DNA of 61,025 nucleotides, filler included, from Bipalium vagum (Eukaryota), in NCBI GenBank assembly GCA_037834085.1. It is 3 parts of 3 records of this genome, joined end to end, with 100 filler letters (N's around TTAATTAATTAA, not from the genome) between each part and the next. Parts side by side here need not be neighbours in the genome. Positions count along the whole stretch, not along the records: positions 1 to 25,423 come from JBBMKC010194386.1; 2 more parts are not named here. One strand, given 5' to 3'. A model generated the notes under the pieces. That model was not told where the DNA came from. It searched no databases and worked only from the letters and a program-made list of their open reading frames with translations. The translations under genes were made by a program, and so were the position numbers. Within the stretch, counting starts at the first letter, position 1, and the number at the start of each line of letters is the position of its first letter. This document shows positions 1 through 12,700 of this stretch, piece after piece.

Positions 1-449
1 TATAGTTGTATTTGAGAATTACCAATTAATTAAACCGTTAGAAGAATTTTCGAGATTGTAGAGAGTTTTTAATTTTTAAAAAAGGTTGTTAGAAAATTTT
101 ATGAGCTTCATTATCATTATGATTAAAGGTTTTTTTTAGTTAATTATTCCGTCTAAATTATGAATTTTATTAAAATAAGTATTTACAAGTTTTAAAGGTT
201 ACCAATTGAAACTTGAAGCGAGATTACAATATTAATGATTGAGGTTATGCTTATTTAATATTAATAATAATAGTCTATTATGTATATTTCTAAACCCCGA
301 GAAATAAATAATACACAATATTTATAATTATGTAATTAAAAACCTAAATTTAATGAATATTAATATAATAATAATAATAATAGTGATACTTACTATAGTA
401 TATATAATAATAGAGATAAAGATACTATTAAATAATTAGGTTATCCCCG

Positions 450-840
450 TCATCCTACATATTGTAGGTAAATATGATATGATTGCGCGATAACAGACGC
501 AATCATATCGGTTGATAACCTATGAATGTCCATCTCCTTGAAGCCAAGTCGACGGAGTACGTTATCATTCTCTGGATTCCAGAAGCCGAGGCACCCGAGA
601 CTAATCGTCCAGATATCGATTTTGTTGCGGGTTGCAAGTGCCATTTGTTGAGAAAGTTCCTTATATTTCTTCTGGTTTCTCTTTCTACCTTCAGAAAATT
701 TCGAGCATTCGTCATATGGCACTTTTAGGTCGATGAGACTAATAACATTTGAAGTCTGGTCGTAGCGTGGTTTGCACCTCGTGTGGACATACATCCATAT
801 CTACGTTCAATCCCGAGTCGTTCTCATTATTGCGTCTCTT
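450..840 (-). mobile_element. 5'-truncated non-LTR retrotransposon 3' end with a restriction-like endonuclease (R2/NeSL/R4-type RLE) domain, frameshifted
   Basis: The minus strand reads ...VQTTLRPD in one frame. A second frame reads ...SLIDLKVPYD...RNQKKYKEL...ISLGCLGFWNPENDNVLRRLG...IAQSYHIY, matching the PD..D-x-K / KxxKY / GxLGxW motifs of RLE endonucleases. No RT domain is present. Confidence 0.8.
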
Positions 841-1741
841 TACTGTAAGAACAATAGAACACCAAAACTACAATTTGTATTTGTATTACAATAAGATTAT
901 AACCATAAGCAAACAGTGAACATTCAAGCAAATAGAAAATGTCAAGATAATAATAATTCAAACATCAAATCGCATGTTAAGTTGTTTCAAATAATAGTCA
1001 CAATAGCAGTTACTTAATCAAAGCGAATTAATAAATCAATGATGGTATAAATGAAACGAAAATTCGTTTATTATTATTAAATAATTATTAACGAGTTAGA
1101 AATAATTAATACCGAAAAGAAATCAAGAAACAAAGAAAATACTGTTACTAGTGAAAATGAGTCCTTGGATTGTTAGTCAGGCCATTATGGTTTGCTCCAG
1201 GACAATCAAACTACATAGAATCCGATTGTAATCCAAAATCCCTGAAAACAAAAGAATGTGAATACTTTTAAAAAAACAAATGGATCTTCGAATACTGTAA
1301 TTTGTGCTGTTGGGTGAATCTACTCAGTCACCTTTCGATTTACGCTTCGGTGGTACGATGCTAAATTTTTGTGAACACTTCCTATTAATTCTTGAGTATT
1401 TCCACTAAAGAATCGATCATTTTTGGACAATTTTGATGGGAAAAAAACATTAATTATAATTAACTTTAGGAAAAAGCTTTTTTATTATAATAATTATGCA
1501 ACTTTTGTGGCTCTTAACAGTCGGTACCATTTATGAATCCAAAAAAAAATATTATTAATAAAAAAATGGAAAGTTTGCATAGTTTAGTCCTAAAGTTCAT
1601 CTACTACTACCAAAATTACTTTTCTATTCTTTTTGAAAAATACTTTATCGTTAAATAACTTTAGTAAAACAATGTATTAATTTAAATACAAAACAATTTT
1701 GAGATAAAAATTAGTAAAAAAAATTATTTTTTATCAAGTTA

Positions 1742-2275
1742 CAGGTTTATGCAGAAATATATAGAAAATTTTTCAGAAATATATAGAAAAAATATTCTGT
1801 CTCAAGAATTTTCGTGTCATGACTTATTCCAGAAAGCGATTAGTCAGAGTTCCCAAAGAGAGAAATAATAGGAAAACCATTGAGGCTAGACAGTTTTATG
1901 CGAGGGACATTGAGTACATTAACATTGTAAACTGGTTTTTTAAAGATGAAACAGGAGTCAACTTACACCAAACCAGAAGTTTTTGCCACCATACTCGTCT
2001 CAATTAAATCCGATCGAAGAGTTTTTCAGCAGCTTTAAGTTGCAAATATCTTTCTTTATGAGAACCATTATAGATCGGGACCATTTAAAAGAATTGATTA
2101 CCCAAGTACTCATGCTTGACGATATCTATTTAAGTGATTATTTTCGCAACATAAAGCCTTGGCGAGACAAGAATTTAGTCCCGTAATGTTTTATTGTTTG
2201 TATATGTATATTTCCACTTGTGTATTTGTTATGATATATTTTGAATATTTTTCTATATATTTCTGCATAACCCTG
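1742..2275 (+). mobile_element. Internally deleted IS630/Tc1-type DNA transposon with TIRs and TA target duplication
   Basis: Left end TA|CAGGTTTATGCAGAAATATATAGAAAA and right end TTTTCTATATATTTCTGCATAACCCTG|TA are inverted repeats. Internal fragments are SRKRLVRVPKERN...FKDETGVNL (first catalytic D) and LPPYSSQLNPIEEFFS (C-terminal E motif). Confidence 0.85.
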
Positions 2276-2578
2276 TATAATGTTACAGTTTATAATTTTT
2301 CTGTAAAATAATTATAATATTATTTTAAGAAAACGTTAATTATATTGATTTCTACTTCCCTCATTCTGTGAATAATTTCCAGGCTTCATCTTTTTAATAT
2401 TAATAAGAATAAACATTTTTCGTTATCAAAATTAATCAGTAATACAGAAAATTCATTTGTGATTTTTCGAAAATTCTTACTTTTTTAGTTTCTTAGATAA
2501 ACTTTAAATCTCACTTATTTAAGATCCGTAAGATCAATTTCTGAAACTTTTTAATCTGTCTGATTATGAAATATTTTA

Positions 2579-3259
2579 CAGGGTGTTTCATAGTTAGCGC
2601 AAAACTCTTAACTTATTTTAAGAAGTCAAAGTAGCAAGCAATTATATTTTTTTATAACATAACAACAAATGAAAAGGGGAATTTAACATGATGTTATAAT
2701 AGATTCTCAATCAGTCCACTTTCTTCCTCCACAGGACTTTGAAGACGAAATGATAAAATTGATAGTACAGTCAATATTTCTTCACATGTGACTTTAGCAG
2801 AAAACGCGTGATATCGGAATATTAGTTTTGGGTGATACGTCTCGTACAGATGATGTTAGAATACTGTTCAACGACTGCAAAGGCTGCAATGCTTTGGCAA
2901 CTGCTCCAGAGCTGTCATGTTGGATGCTTAATCTGCCTTGACCTTTCTGCCAACATACTGAGCCAATCCTTTCAAATTTGACAACCAGACGTGTGATTGT
3001 TGATATTGAGAAAGGATCTTTGCGCAGGCCATGTTTGACTTTGTAGACACATAGTTGCGCTTGGACTTTCTCCAGAATTGTAAAAAAGTCTAACAATTTT
3101 CATACACGTTACAGTATACATCTAAAATTAAAAAACCGAAAGAGTAATGATTATTTATAACAATCCCATATATTGATCTGTATTTTGAGATATACTTTGT
3201 ATAATATCACGTTTGATGCACTATTGTTAAAATAATATCATTTTTTATGAAACACACTG
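2579..3259 (-). mobile_element. Deleted Tc1/mariner-superfamily element (DD41D/rosa-like N-terminal HTH, DUF4817-like)
   Basis: Inverted termini TA|CAGGGTGTTTCATA ... TATGAAACACACTG|TA. ORF 2794-3096 contains STITRLVVKFERIGSV...GQGR...SSVRDVS, typical of this transposase N-terminus. Confidence 0.75.
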
Positions 3260-3309
3260 TATTTTAATATTTTATCTTAATTTATGTTATTCAAAAAATT
3301 TTTTTCTAG

Positions 3310-3747
3310 ACAATCGATTGATTTTTGAATTTCAAGTGAAATTTTATCCACCCGAAATAGGAATGGTTAGCGAAGACCTGACCAGATATTATTTAACTCT
3401 CCAAGTTAGACAAGACCTAGTGTGTGGAAAGTTACCATGTTCATTTTATGTATATATTATTTTGGCTTCTTATATAATTCAATCAGAAGCTGGAGATTAT
3501 GATCCACAAAATCACCGTGGTATAGATTACATAAAAAATCAGCCATTAGCACTAAAAAAATTCCAGACAACAGAATTTATGGAAAAAGTTGTAGCATTAC
3601 ATAAGTTACATCGGTAAATTTTTAGTTATAATTTTTTATTAATATTATTTTTAATCAAGAGGCCAAACTCCTGAGGAAGCAGATAAAAATTTTCTGGACA
3701 ATACCAGAAAGTTAGCCTTATACGGAGTTGATGTTCACAAGGCCAAG
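3310..3747 (+). CDS. FERM central (B) lobe exons of the 4.1-like gene (3310-3613, 3660-3747)
   Basis: The supplied ORF 3318-3617 continues after a 46-nt GT-AG intron into GQTPEEADKNFLDNTRKLALYGVDVHKAK. Confidence 0.92.
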
Positions 3748-6700
3748 GTAAGTATGTTAAAAATGCAGTTATCATAAAAGTTTAACAAATGTTCTTAACT
3801 TAAGTCTAAAATTACTAGATTGCGTCATATAAAATATTCTATTTCATTAGTTAAATTTTGCAAATGTTCTGCTGACATTTAGAGAAAAGCTGCAGAAATA
3901 AATTATTTTGCACTTTAAAATCCTCTTTCTTTTACGTTTTTACATTTTTATGGTAATATATGGCAATGTCGATTAAATTCAAATCAAACCGTTCGGGATC
4001 TTGCTAAAATGTCCACTTTTAGTCGCAAGACATTTGAAAGCGTTTGGTATGTTAGAAAGACATCTTTTTCATTTTTATCTATTTTTATGTAATCAGACGA
4101 TTCATATGAAAACGTAATAGTATCACAAAAACTATCTAGTTAATATAATAAAATGAAAAATTCTGAATATTTATATATTTTATATATTAATAATATTATA
4201 TATCAGTAAAGTAAATTGAAAATATTCTTTCATGTACATGCAATCTTTCACAAAGGTTATTGGCTCTTCATTTCTATTCAAAATAATTTGATTTAAAAGA
4301 AAAAAAGATTTTCGCCTCTTAGTGATTGATATTTATAGCTTATGATTATGGTATTAGATAGCTCATTATCATAACTGAACTGAATACTTTGAATTCCAAG
4401 GCAGTAGTATTTTAAATATTTGTAATTCCAATAAATTAGAGGTACTAAGTTATTTTATCATCATATACATTAGAGACCTGAGTGTTGGATATTCAAATAA
4501 TGACTTTATAAACTTACTTTTAAAACTCAAAAATAATATTCTTAGAATATCTCACCATTAAAGAATTATTTTTAGAGCTTCACAATTCACAAATTGTTTT
4601 AATTTGTCTCATACATTAATTTTATGAATTTACCGTTGCATTACCTCCGAGTAATGTATTATTTTCCATGATATCAAATCGAAAAGATTAATCTTAATAA
4701 ATATTAAAATACAAGCAATTTCACATTTCTACTATATCGGAATGATTAGATTAAGAAAAATATATGCTTATTATGTAGTGACCAATAAGCATAATTTTAA
4801 ATACCTATTAGTCGACTTTATAACTTTGAGTTCGTTAAATTTTCTATAGCTTAATTTTAATTCGGTTCATATTTTTATCTTTTGATTAATATCAAATTCG
4901 AAAATACAATCCCCGCCAAAAGTCTTTGGTCACTCTTAAAATTCTAGAAACAAGCATTTATATGATTCTAGTCATTAATATTTATTAAGTACAAATGTAA
5001 AGAACGTTAACGACATTAGAAAATATTATTAAATCATTAATCAAAATTTATCAATAAAAAAATAAATAACTAAAAGATAAGCTAGGCTTTTTTACATGGT
5101 GGCCAAAGACTTTTGGCGGGGACTGTATATAAAATGCCTGATTAACCGACACTTAATAATGACATCACCATATAAAGTTTGTGTGGATTACTGATATAAA
5201 TGGATTAAGTATGTATAAATAAATTTAAAATGGTTTTATAATGAAATTTTATATTTCGTCTTTATTAATTTTCTTTGAATTGATTATTTCCTCTAAAAAT
5301 TTATAACTTTTAAAATCCAAAATTTTTATTGATAAAAATGTATTTAGAGCATGTTTGCTCTATGAATTCAAACTTGGGTTTATTACTTCAATACATGTCG
5401 TAGGATATGATTCCTTGAAGGAGAGAACATATCAAAAATGGTTTGCAAATTTTTCGAACGGTGATGAGTCTCTTGAAGATGAGTCTTTTTGAACTCATCT
5501 CTCTTCTCCGTGGGCTCAAGTCTCCGGGATAACAGGAGCTTTTTGTAGTGGTGCTTGAGGTTCTCTATGATTCTTTGATCCATTGGTTTCGAGTTGGTTT
5601 TAGTGTTGGGTTTGAAGAAGACTAGTTCAGTGTTGCTCATCTGGCCAGCAAAGTTATCTAGACAGATCATCACTCTGCACCCATGCTGGCTGAGTAGTCC
5701 GTCCCCCGTACACGCTATCTCCTCGAGAAGCTTTGTTGTCATCCATGTCTTCAAGTTCGCCTTTTACTTGATCGGGATCTCCTTCTTCTTGAAGGTAAGA
5801 GGTCTTTTGGAAGCGTCAATCACCAGAAGTGGAAACTTCTTGCTGCCACTCATGTTTGCGTCAACTAGTAGAGTGATCTTTTGTTTGCTTTTCTTTCCTC
5901 CTATACACTGCTCTTAAGGCAGATTATCATAAAGATATCTGTTCAGTATAAGATTATCAAAAGAAAGGAGTAAGGTAGGTCCATTAACAAAAAATAAATT
6001 TCCCTTACAAAATTTTTTAGTGTCTGTGTCTATCAATTCTGAAGAATATTCATCTCAGTTAGCAGATCTTAAGGTTACCACCCATTCCAAACGACTTGAA
6101 TTGACTAAATGGAGGGCGTTGTTTTACATCATAATAATGACATACAACACGTTTTATTGGTTTTGCGCAAGTAGTCCGGTGTTTTCATGGATTGGACTTT
6201 ATAATGCATTCATCATACTTAACATTGTGTGTTGTGGTTATCATTTATTCCGACCACCACATAAATTAAGCGGAAGAGATTTTGATTCATTTGAGGCCAT
6301 CAAAACGTAACTAGATGATTCTCTTCAGTCAAACAATTTCCATCAGCTTGGAATTTTTCAGTTGTGTGATATAGCGAAGAATAATTCATAAGGGATTATA
6401 TTTTGATTAACAAAATTGTTAAACTTCTTATTTGAAATCGAAAGGACTTTGCGGTTGACCTAATAATAAATATTTATCATAATCGTACTTTATGTGCAAA
6501 ATATTTTTTTCAATATGTTACTGTTGAATCTTCATTTCTTTTCAGAACTTTTATTATTTGAGACCTAACTGACATTCTATTAATTAAAATAATATCTCAT
6601 CAGTGATGAATTATATAATTTCAAAAACTAATCAGCTTTAAGAACATTAGCATTTCTTGAAATCGACACCAGCTAATAGATTAAAATATACTCAAACTTT

Positions 6701-9700
6701 ATCTTTTCTTTTCCTGATTTATATCACAATCATTTTTTTAAACTAATCTTGATCCAAGTAAAAACCACCAGCTTAAACTTAACTTTTCTCTTTGGTTATT
6801 ACCAAATCAAAATTAAATTTAATATCCGAGAAATTGATTATTGATAAATTTTTCCTTTTCAGAAAGATTTTCTATAGTCAGTTATTCAATGTTTATTTGT
6901 AAATAATGCGAAATAAATAAATAAAATAAATAATAAATATAATTAATTAAAAGTATTTTTCAGATTTTACCGAAACAAAACTGTACCGGTTTTCGTTTTA
7001 TTTCATGATCAGAATAATGTTGAATTAAGATTCGAAAAGTAACACGATCAACTATTGATTTCTTATTTATCAATTATTTGAATATCAATCATGTATAATT
7101 AACTAAAAATGGTACATAAAATATTCTCATTATTTCCTAAACAAACACAAGCTTGATATCATCAATAATTTTCCAATGGTTTGTTGATTAAGTGAATGAG
7201 AATTATCTACACATATATAATTTTTCAGCCTTTTGCTTTCGTTATATTCAACTGCATAGATACATAATTTGTAAATAAAACAATAGATGTTTTATCTAGT
7301 CATTACAATGACGAGACAGTCATATTTTCCCTTTATTTCTAATTTATGAGAGTCGATTTTGAGCTATTTTCAAATAACATGTGAAAATATTATAACGTGA
7401 GTGTCGATATTTAATATTCTCTATTCGTTATTTTTAATCTTCTCAACACATATTTTTTGTTATCGTGAGTTTCATACCTATTTCTAGAACTCAGATGGAG
7501 AAGAAATATTAATTGGAGTTTATTATGGGGGAATTGTTCTCTACAAGCAAAAAATAAGAATAATTCGTTTTTCGTGGGCGCGATTAATTCAAGTGAGTTA
7601 CAAGAAAAAGAGACTGATAATCACAGTGCGAGGTGTTAATAAAACAGATTCTAAAAAGGAACTGATATTCAAATGTTCAGATATTAAATTAACAAAACGA
7701 TCTTACAAAGCAATTGTCGATCATCATTATTTTTTCAGGTAATTTTTTTAAAAGATAACACAATTAGTTTTTGCGTTGCGGCTTGAGTTTTGGCTTTACT
7801 TTCATATTTTGTAATCGGATGATCTCACAGCTCATTAAAGCACATCAAATTGATTTTTTTACAAAATTTAAATCTAAATTGTTTTTTATATGTTCGAGAC
7901 TGGATGCCTTATTGCGTGTTTTCTGATAATTAACACTTTGTTCCGTCATAAAGTTTTTATTTCAGCCCACACTTTTTTTTCCTTTCAATATTCTTGAAAT
8001 AATATTGGATGGAACTCTTGCATACCTTTAGAGTTTATTTTACACACCTGAAGATTTTACCCATATCTTTGTAAGCTTCAGCCACATCAACCATAATTAT
8101 TTAATAAATTTAGTTTGAAATGGGAGCAAGAATAAATTTAAGTCAATAAAATATTTGAATTATTTAAAAAAATCATTTTAAATTGAAATTATTGATTTAA
8201 ATATACCAAAATTAGCATAAGAGCTGCATATATCTTCGTGCATGATAAGAAACTTTAAAAACTAAAAATTATTTTTGTAAGTTGACAAAAATTTTAGGGT
8301 GCGGAAAAAAATTTTGTCGCGCTATATTTTAGATTTCCAAAAGTTGGTTAAGTGTTCTTTGATTATATTATAAAAAATAATAAAAGCAAAATATTTTTCT
8401 TCGGAGAGGTTTATTATGAAATGTCCATGAATTTGAATAAAGTTAAGAAACACGTGTGACAAAGGATTTATTGGAGAAATAAAAAACTGACACCAATAGT
8501 CAAAAATATATGTTGAATTCTCATTGAATTAGAAACGACATTAATGAAGTTTTGTTGATAGTGACATTTACACAGATCTTAACATTTATTATTAACTTTT
8601 ATTTATTATCAGTTTGATAAATTTTATCTAATTGGTAATTTAGAAGTTAGAAATTGATTTTATCACTCAAAATATTTAAGTAGTTTGTTCCACCAAAGTT
8701 AAGATATTTAAAATTCAATTATTCTAATTTATTTCAGACTTTAAGAAGTTTGTTTTGGATTTTTACGACAATTGGATTATTAAAGACTTTCCGATGCAAT
8801 ACAAAACTTAGAAATTTTTAAATTCATTTAAAATCTTTATAAATGTAATTCATGAAGACACGCTGATTAAATACTTTCATACAATACACAAAATTGATAT
8901 TCAATTGGTTTTTAAATAAATGTTATTTAATAATATATCACATTTTAAACAGTATGGAAAATTTGTGTGACCTGTTGAAAACAGAGATCTAAAGAAATAT
9001 ACCTTTGTCTTCTTTGAACTTCTTTATACTAAAAGAAAATTATTTTCCGATAATTACCGGAGAAAATTAATTTTTTATATTAGAGTACTACAGGTAAGTG
9101 CAATCAAAGAATTAAAAAATCAATTTTTTAACAGTCTTGCAAAAATAATTTTATTTAAAAATGTTTTATTTATATTTATTTTTTATATAAATGTATGGTC
9201 TGCTGACATTTAAAATGCATTGATGAATTAAATATTATTAATAAAAATTATAAAAAAATAATTATAGTAATAATAATTAAATAAATATTAATAATAAATA
9301 AAAATTGCAAGGAGTTTAATTTTTGTTGATTTCATTAGAATATATGTAACATAATTTTATTAAATTTAACTATTTCGTAAAATAAGCATGAAATTAAAAT
9401 TTTTAGGAAAAAATTGTTTTATTATTAATATATTGTTTTTATCTTAAGTTAAATATTTTTAATAAATTAATAATTCATAATAAATGAAATATATGCTGGT
9501 GCAATATGTTTGTAGACAAGGTAATATAATTACTAAGCCACTTTTATTACACTCCCGGCTAATATTTTGTTTTCAATCGAATTATTGATTCGGAAAATCC
9601 TTTGAAAATATAAATATAAATATTAAAGTAAAAATACAAAATCTTTAAAAGGTTAGAAAATACTAAATTTATCTAAAAACGAAATTTGAGTAATTCATAT

Positions 9701-12700
9701 AATAATTAACAGACTGCCTTCTCTTAGTCACTAATTGTTTGATATCCAAAATATAAAATTGGATTTGGCAGAAATATTATTGTCTACGAAAAAAAAGTTG
9801 ATTTAAAATTCTCATCAGTTAAACTAGGTCAACTGTGAGGTAGAAAGATATTTCATAATATAAAATTTTCTATGGTTTTCAAAATATGTAAAAATCTTAT
9901 TGGTTTCGGGGAATGGTTTTTATCGTTTACGATAAACTTAGAAATTCAATTGTGATAAAAATTGATATTCTTTTGGAAAATTAAGTGTTAAGATTAATAA
10001 TAAGAGGCTTTTTTAATTATTTATATATTATGAATATATTTTATCACGAAATTTAATAATTAATATTAAACTTTATATTTCAATTATGATAAGTATTTAT
10101 TTTGTTAATTTTAAACCAAATTTTTTTTGTGAGAATAATTAATGTAATGCTCCTGAAGTTGGAAATGTTCAAAAGAGAATTTTATATTCATTTATGTAAG
10201 AGTATTATTTTCAAGGCTGCTGTAAATATCAAATTTCGTGATGACATGAAATATTAAAAATTATTTTATTTGTATAATAACAAAAAAGAGTTACTGCGTC
10301 ATCCAATAATCAATATCATACAAACAGATTCTGAATTATTTTAAAATAGAATGATTGAATTCGGAATTCCGAAAAAACCAAATCTGCAACCAGGTTTTCA
10401 CACAAGAAAATATTATAAAACACCAACATCAGCTTCTCCAACAATGGGTGGGAAATTCAATTATGACAAACCAGCCGGTTCTAAAATTAAACGATTGCCA
10501 CCTGCGAGAAAAGAACAAACTGACGATGGTAGTTTTTTGAATTAGAAACATTAAAATCATTTAAAAAAACCTTTGCTTATATCCCAATCATTATTAATCT
10601 TCGATTTCATTACTATTATCTTAAAAGAATTCTTAAGTTTCATATTTTTAGGTTGGTACACGTTACCCATGAAAAATGGAACAATCACTAAAGATGGTAA
10701 ATTTATGTTTTATTCCGATATTATATATAAAGTATAATCGGGATTTATTATCTTATAAACATTACGAATTTAAATTTATGTAAATATATATCTGAATTGA
10801 GAAAGATTAAGGATTTTTTCGTTTGAGTCGATGGTAATTTATAATTTATATATACTTTCCCTGCTTTCCTGTAATCAGAAATAATTAAACTATGAAGTGA
10901 AGCTGACAAACATTGATTAATATTATTTAATCCGGGAGCTTTAGAACTGTGGACTAAAATGAAGTAGTTAGTCCAATAATTATTTCAAAAATAAACTTAT
11001 TTTGATTATTATCTATGGAAATTCAAAGACTGTCACAGTTTCCTATCGTTTGTCAATCATTTGCAATATTTTCCCATTAAAATAAAAGTACGTTTTGATA
11101 AAAGAAAAATTTGTTTATAAATCATCTTATAAAGGATATTTGCTAAGACTTTGTTGAAGATTCGTCCGTATTTTTTAGAAAAATGAGAAGTGAATTTAGT
11201 GCAATTGGATATTATTGGAATTTGAAGTCATTTTTGGTCTAATTTCTATATTTCAATGTCTTATTCAAGATTTCTTAATAAATGTTTTGAAAAATGTTTC
11301 CCAGCAATAAGAAACTTTAATTTGCTTGATTTATTTTTTGACATTTCTGATAATTTTTAATCCTTTGAATTAATAAGATTCAGAAATTTTCATTAGTTGT
11401 GATACTTTCAAATTTAGAAGATTTTTCAAAAAAGTTTTCTAACACTGAAATCTAAATTCAGCTACAGGAAATGTCAGAAGTATAAATATTTAGGATTAGT
11501 TTTGTTTCATATTATTAAAATATTTTAATGGATATACTAAAATTAAAAAATAAAGAATGTTAAATGTCAGATTTTTCATGCTAAATAACTGGTTTAATGT
11601 TTTGCAGCAGGTACTACTAGTTCTTCATTAGTGATGAATACCAATCATTCTACGCAATATTCTCCAAAAGCACAAAGAAAATCAAGCACAACTAATTATC
11701 AACAATCACAAAAAATACCACTAAGTTTAAATGAACGTCCAACATTACCTCATCTTCAATGGAGAATGTCGCCAGCAGATTGTACTCTGAGTCTTGGTAT
11801 GGACGACAAAGGTCTGGACATCGCATCTCAACATGGGGCAGGATGGCAAGTAAATTACTTTTCATTTTTAATCAATAATTTAAAAATATATTTTTATAAA
11901 TAAATATATTATTCAAATTTCATTAATTCTTATTTGATTTTATTTTGATTAATTTTATTGATTCATAAAGGAATTTAATATTTCGTTAATGATTTTATCT
12001 CAACTAATTCTTTTTTAAATACTTATAGTTAAAAATACCACTTGGATTTGGAAATTTCTGTTTTGATATTTAATTAAATTTATGGTATTACTTTCGAACC
12101 TTGTTTCTTATAATAACACTTATTTTAAAAATCAATGACTTTTAATTTTAATGCTATTATTTAAAATCACTCCCTATTAAATTAAGAATTATTATTTATC
12201 TTTGAGTAAATCGATTCTAAATTGAAACCTAAAATAATCATATACGTTTTTTAATTGTCAATGCCATTTTAGATTATTTATTTAAGTTTTATGTAAATTT
12301 CTAAAACGGCATTAATATTAATTTCATTCAAAACAATTTATTGAGTCATTTATTTGTAGACAAATATCTAAAAATATGTATAAATGAGATGAATGCTTTA
12401 TCCTTAGTTTATGCGATTGTTTTAAATAAATTTTATAATATTTGTAACATCTGTCAAACTATTTCAATCTTAGAAATATTTTTTACAATGCTTAATGAAG
12501 TAAAAAATTTAAATTATTTCTTTTTATTATGAGAACTTAATTTTAGTATTTTTGTTAACTGGACAATATTTCAATATTAAACCAGTTTTTTTTATTTTTA
12601 AAATTCCTTTTTATAATATAATTATTTAAATTAATGAACATTTTTATATTTAATATTTTGATAACAAAGAAAATGTTTTCTTTTAATTTTTTAAAATTTA

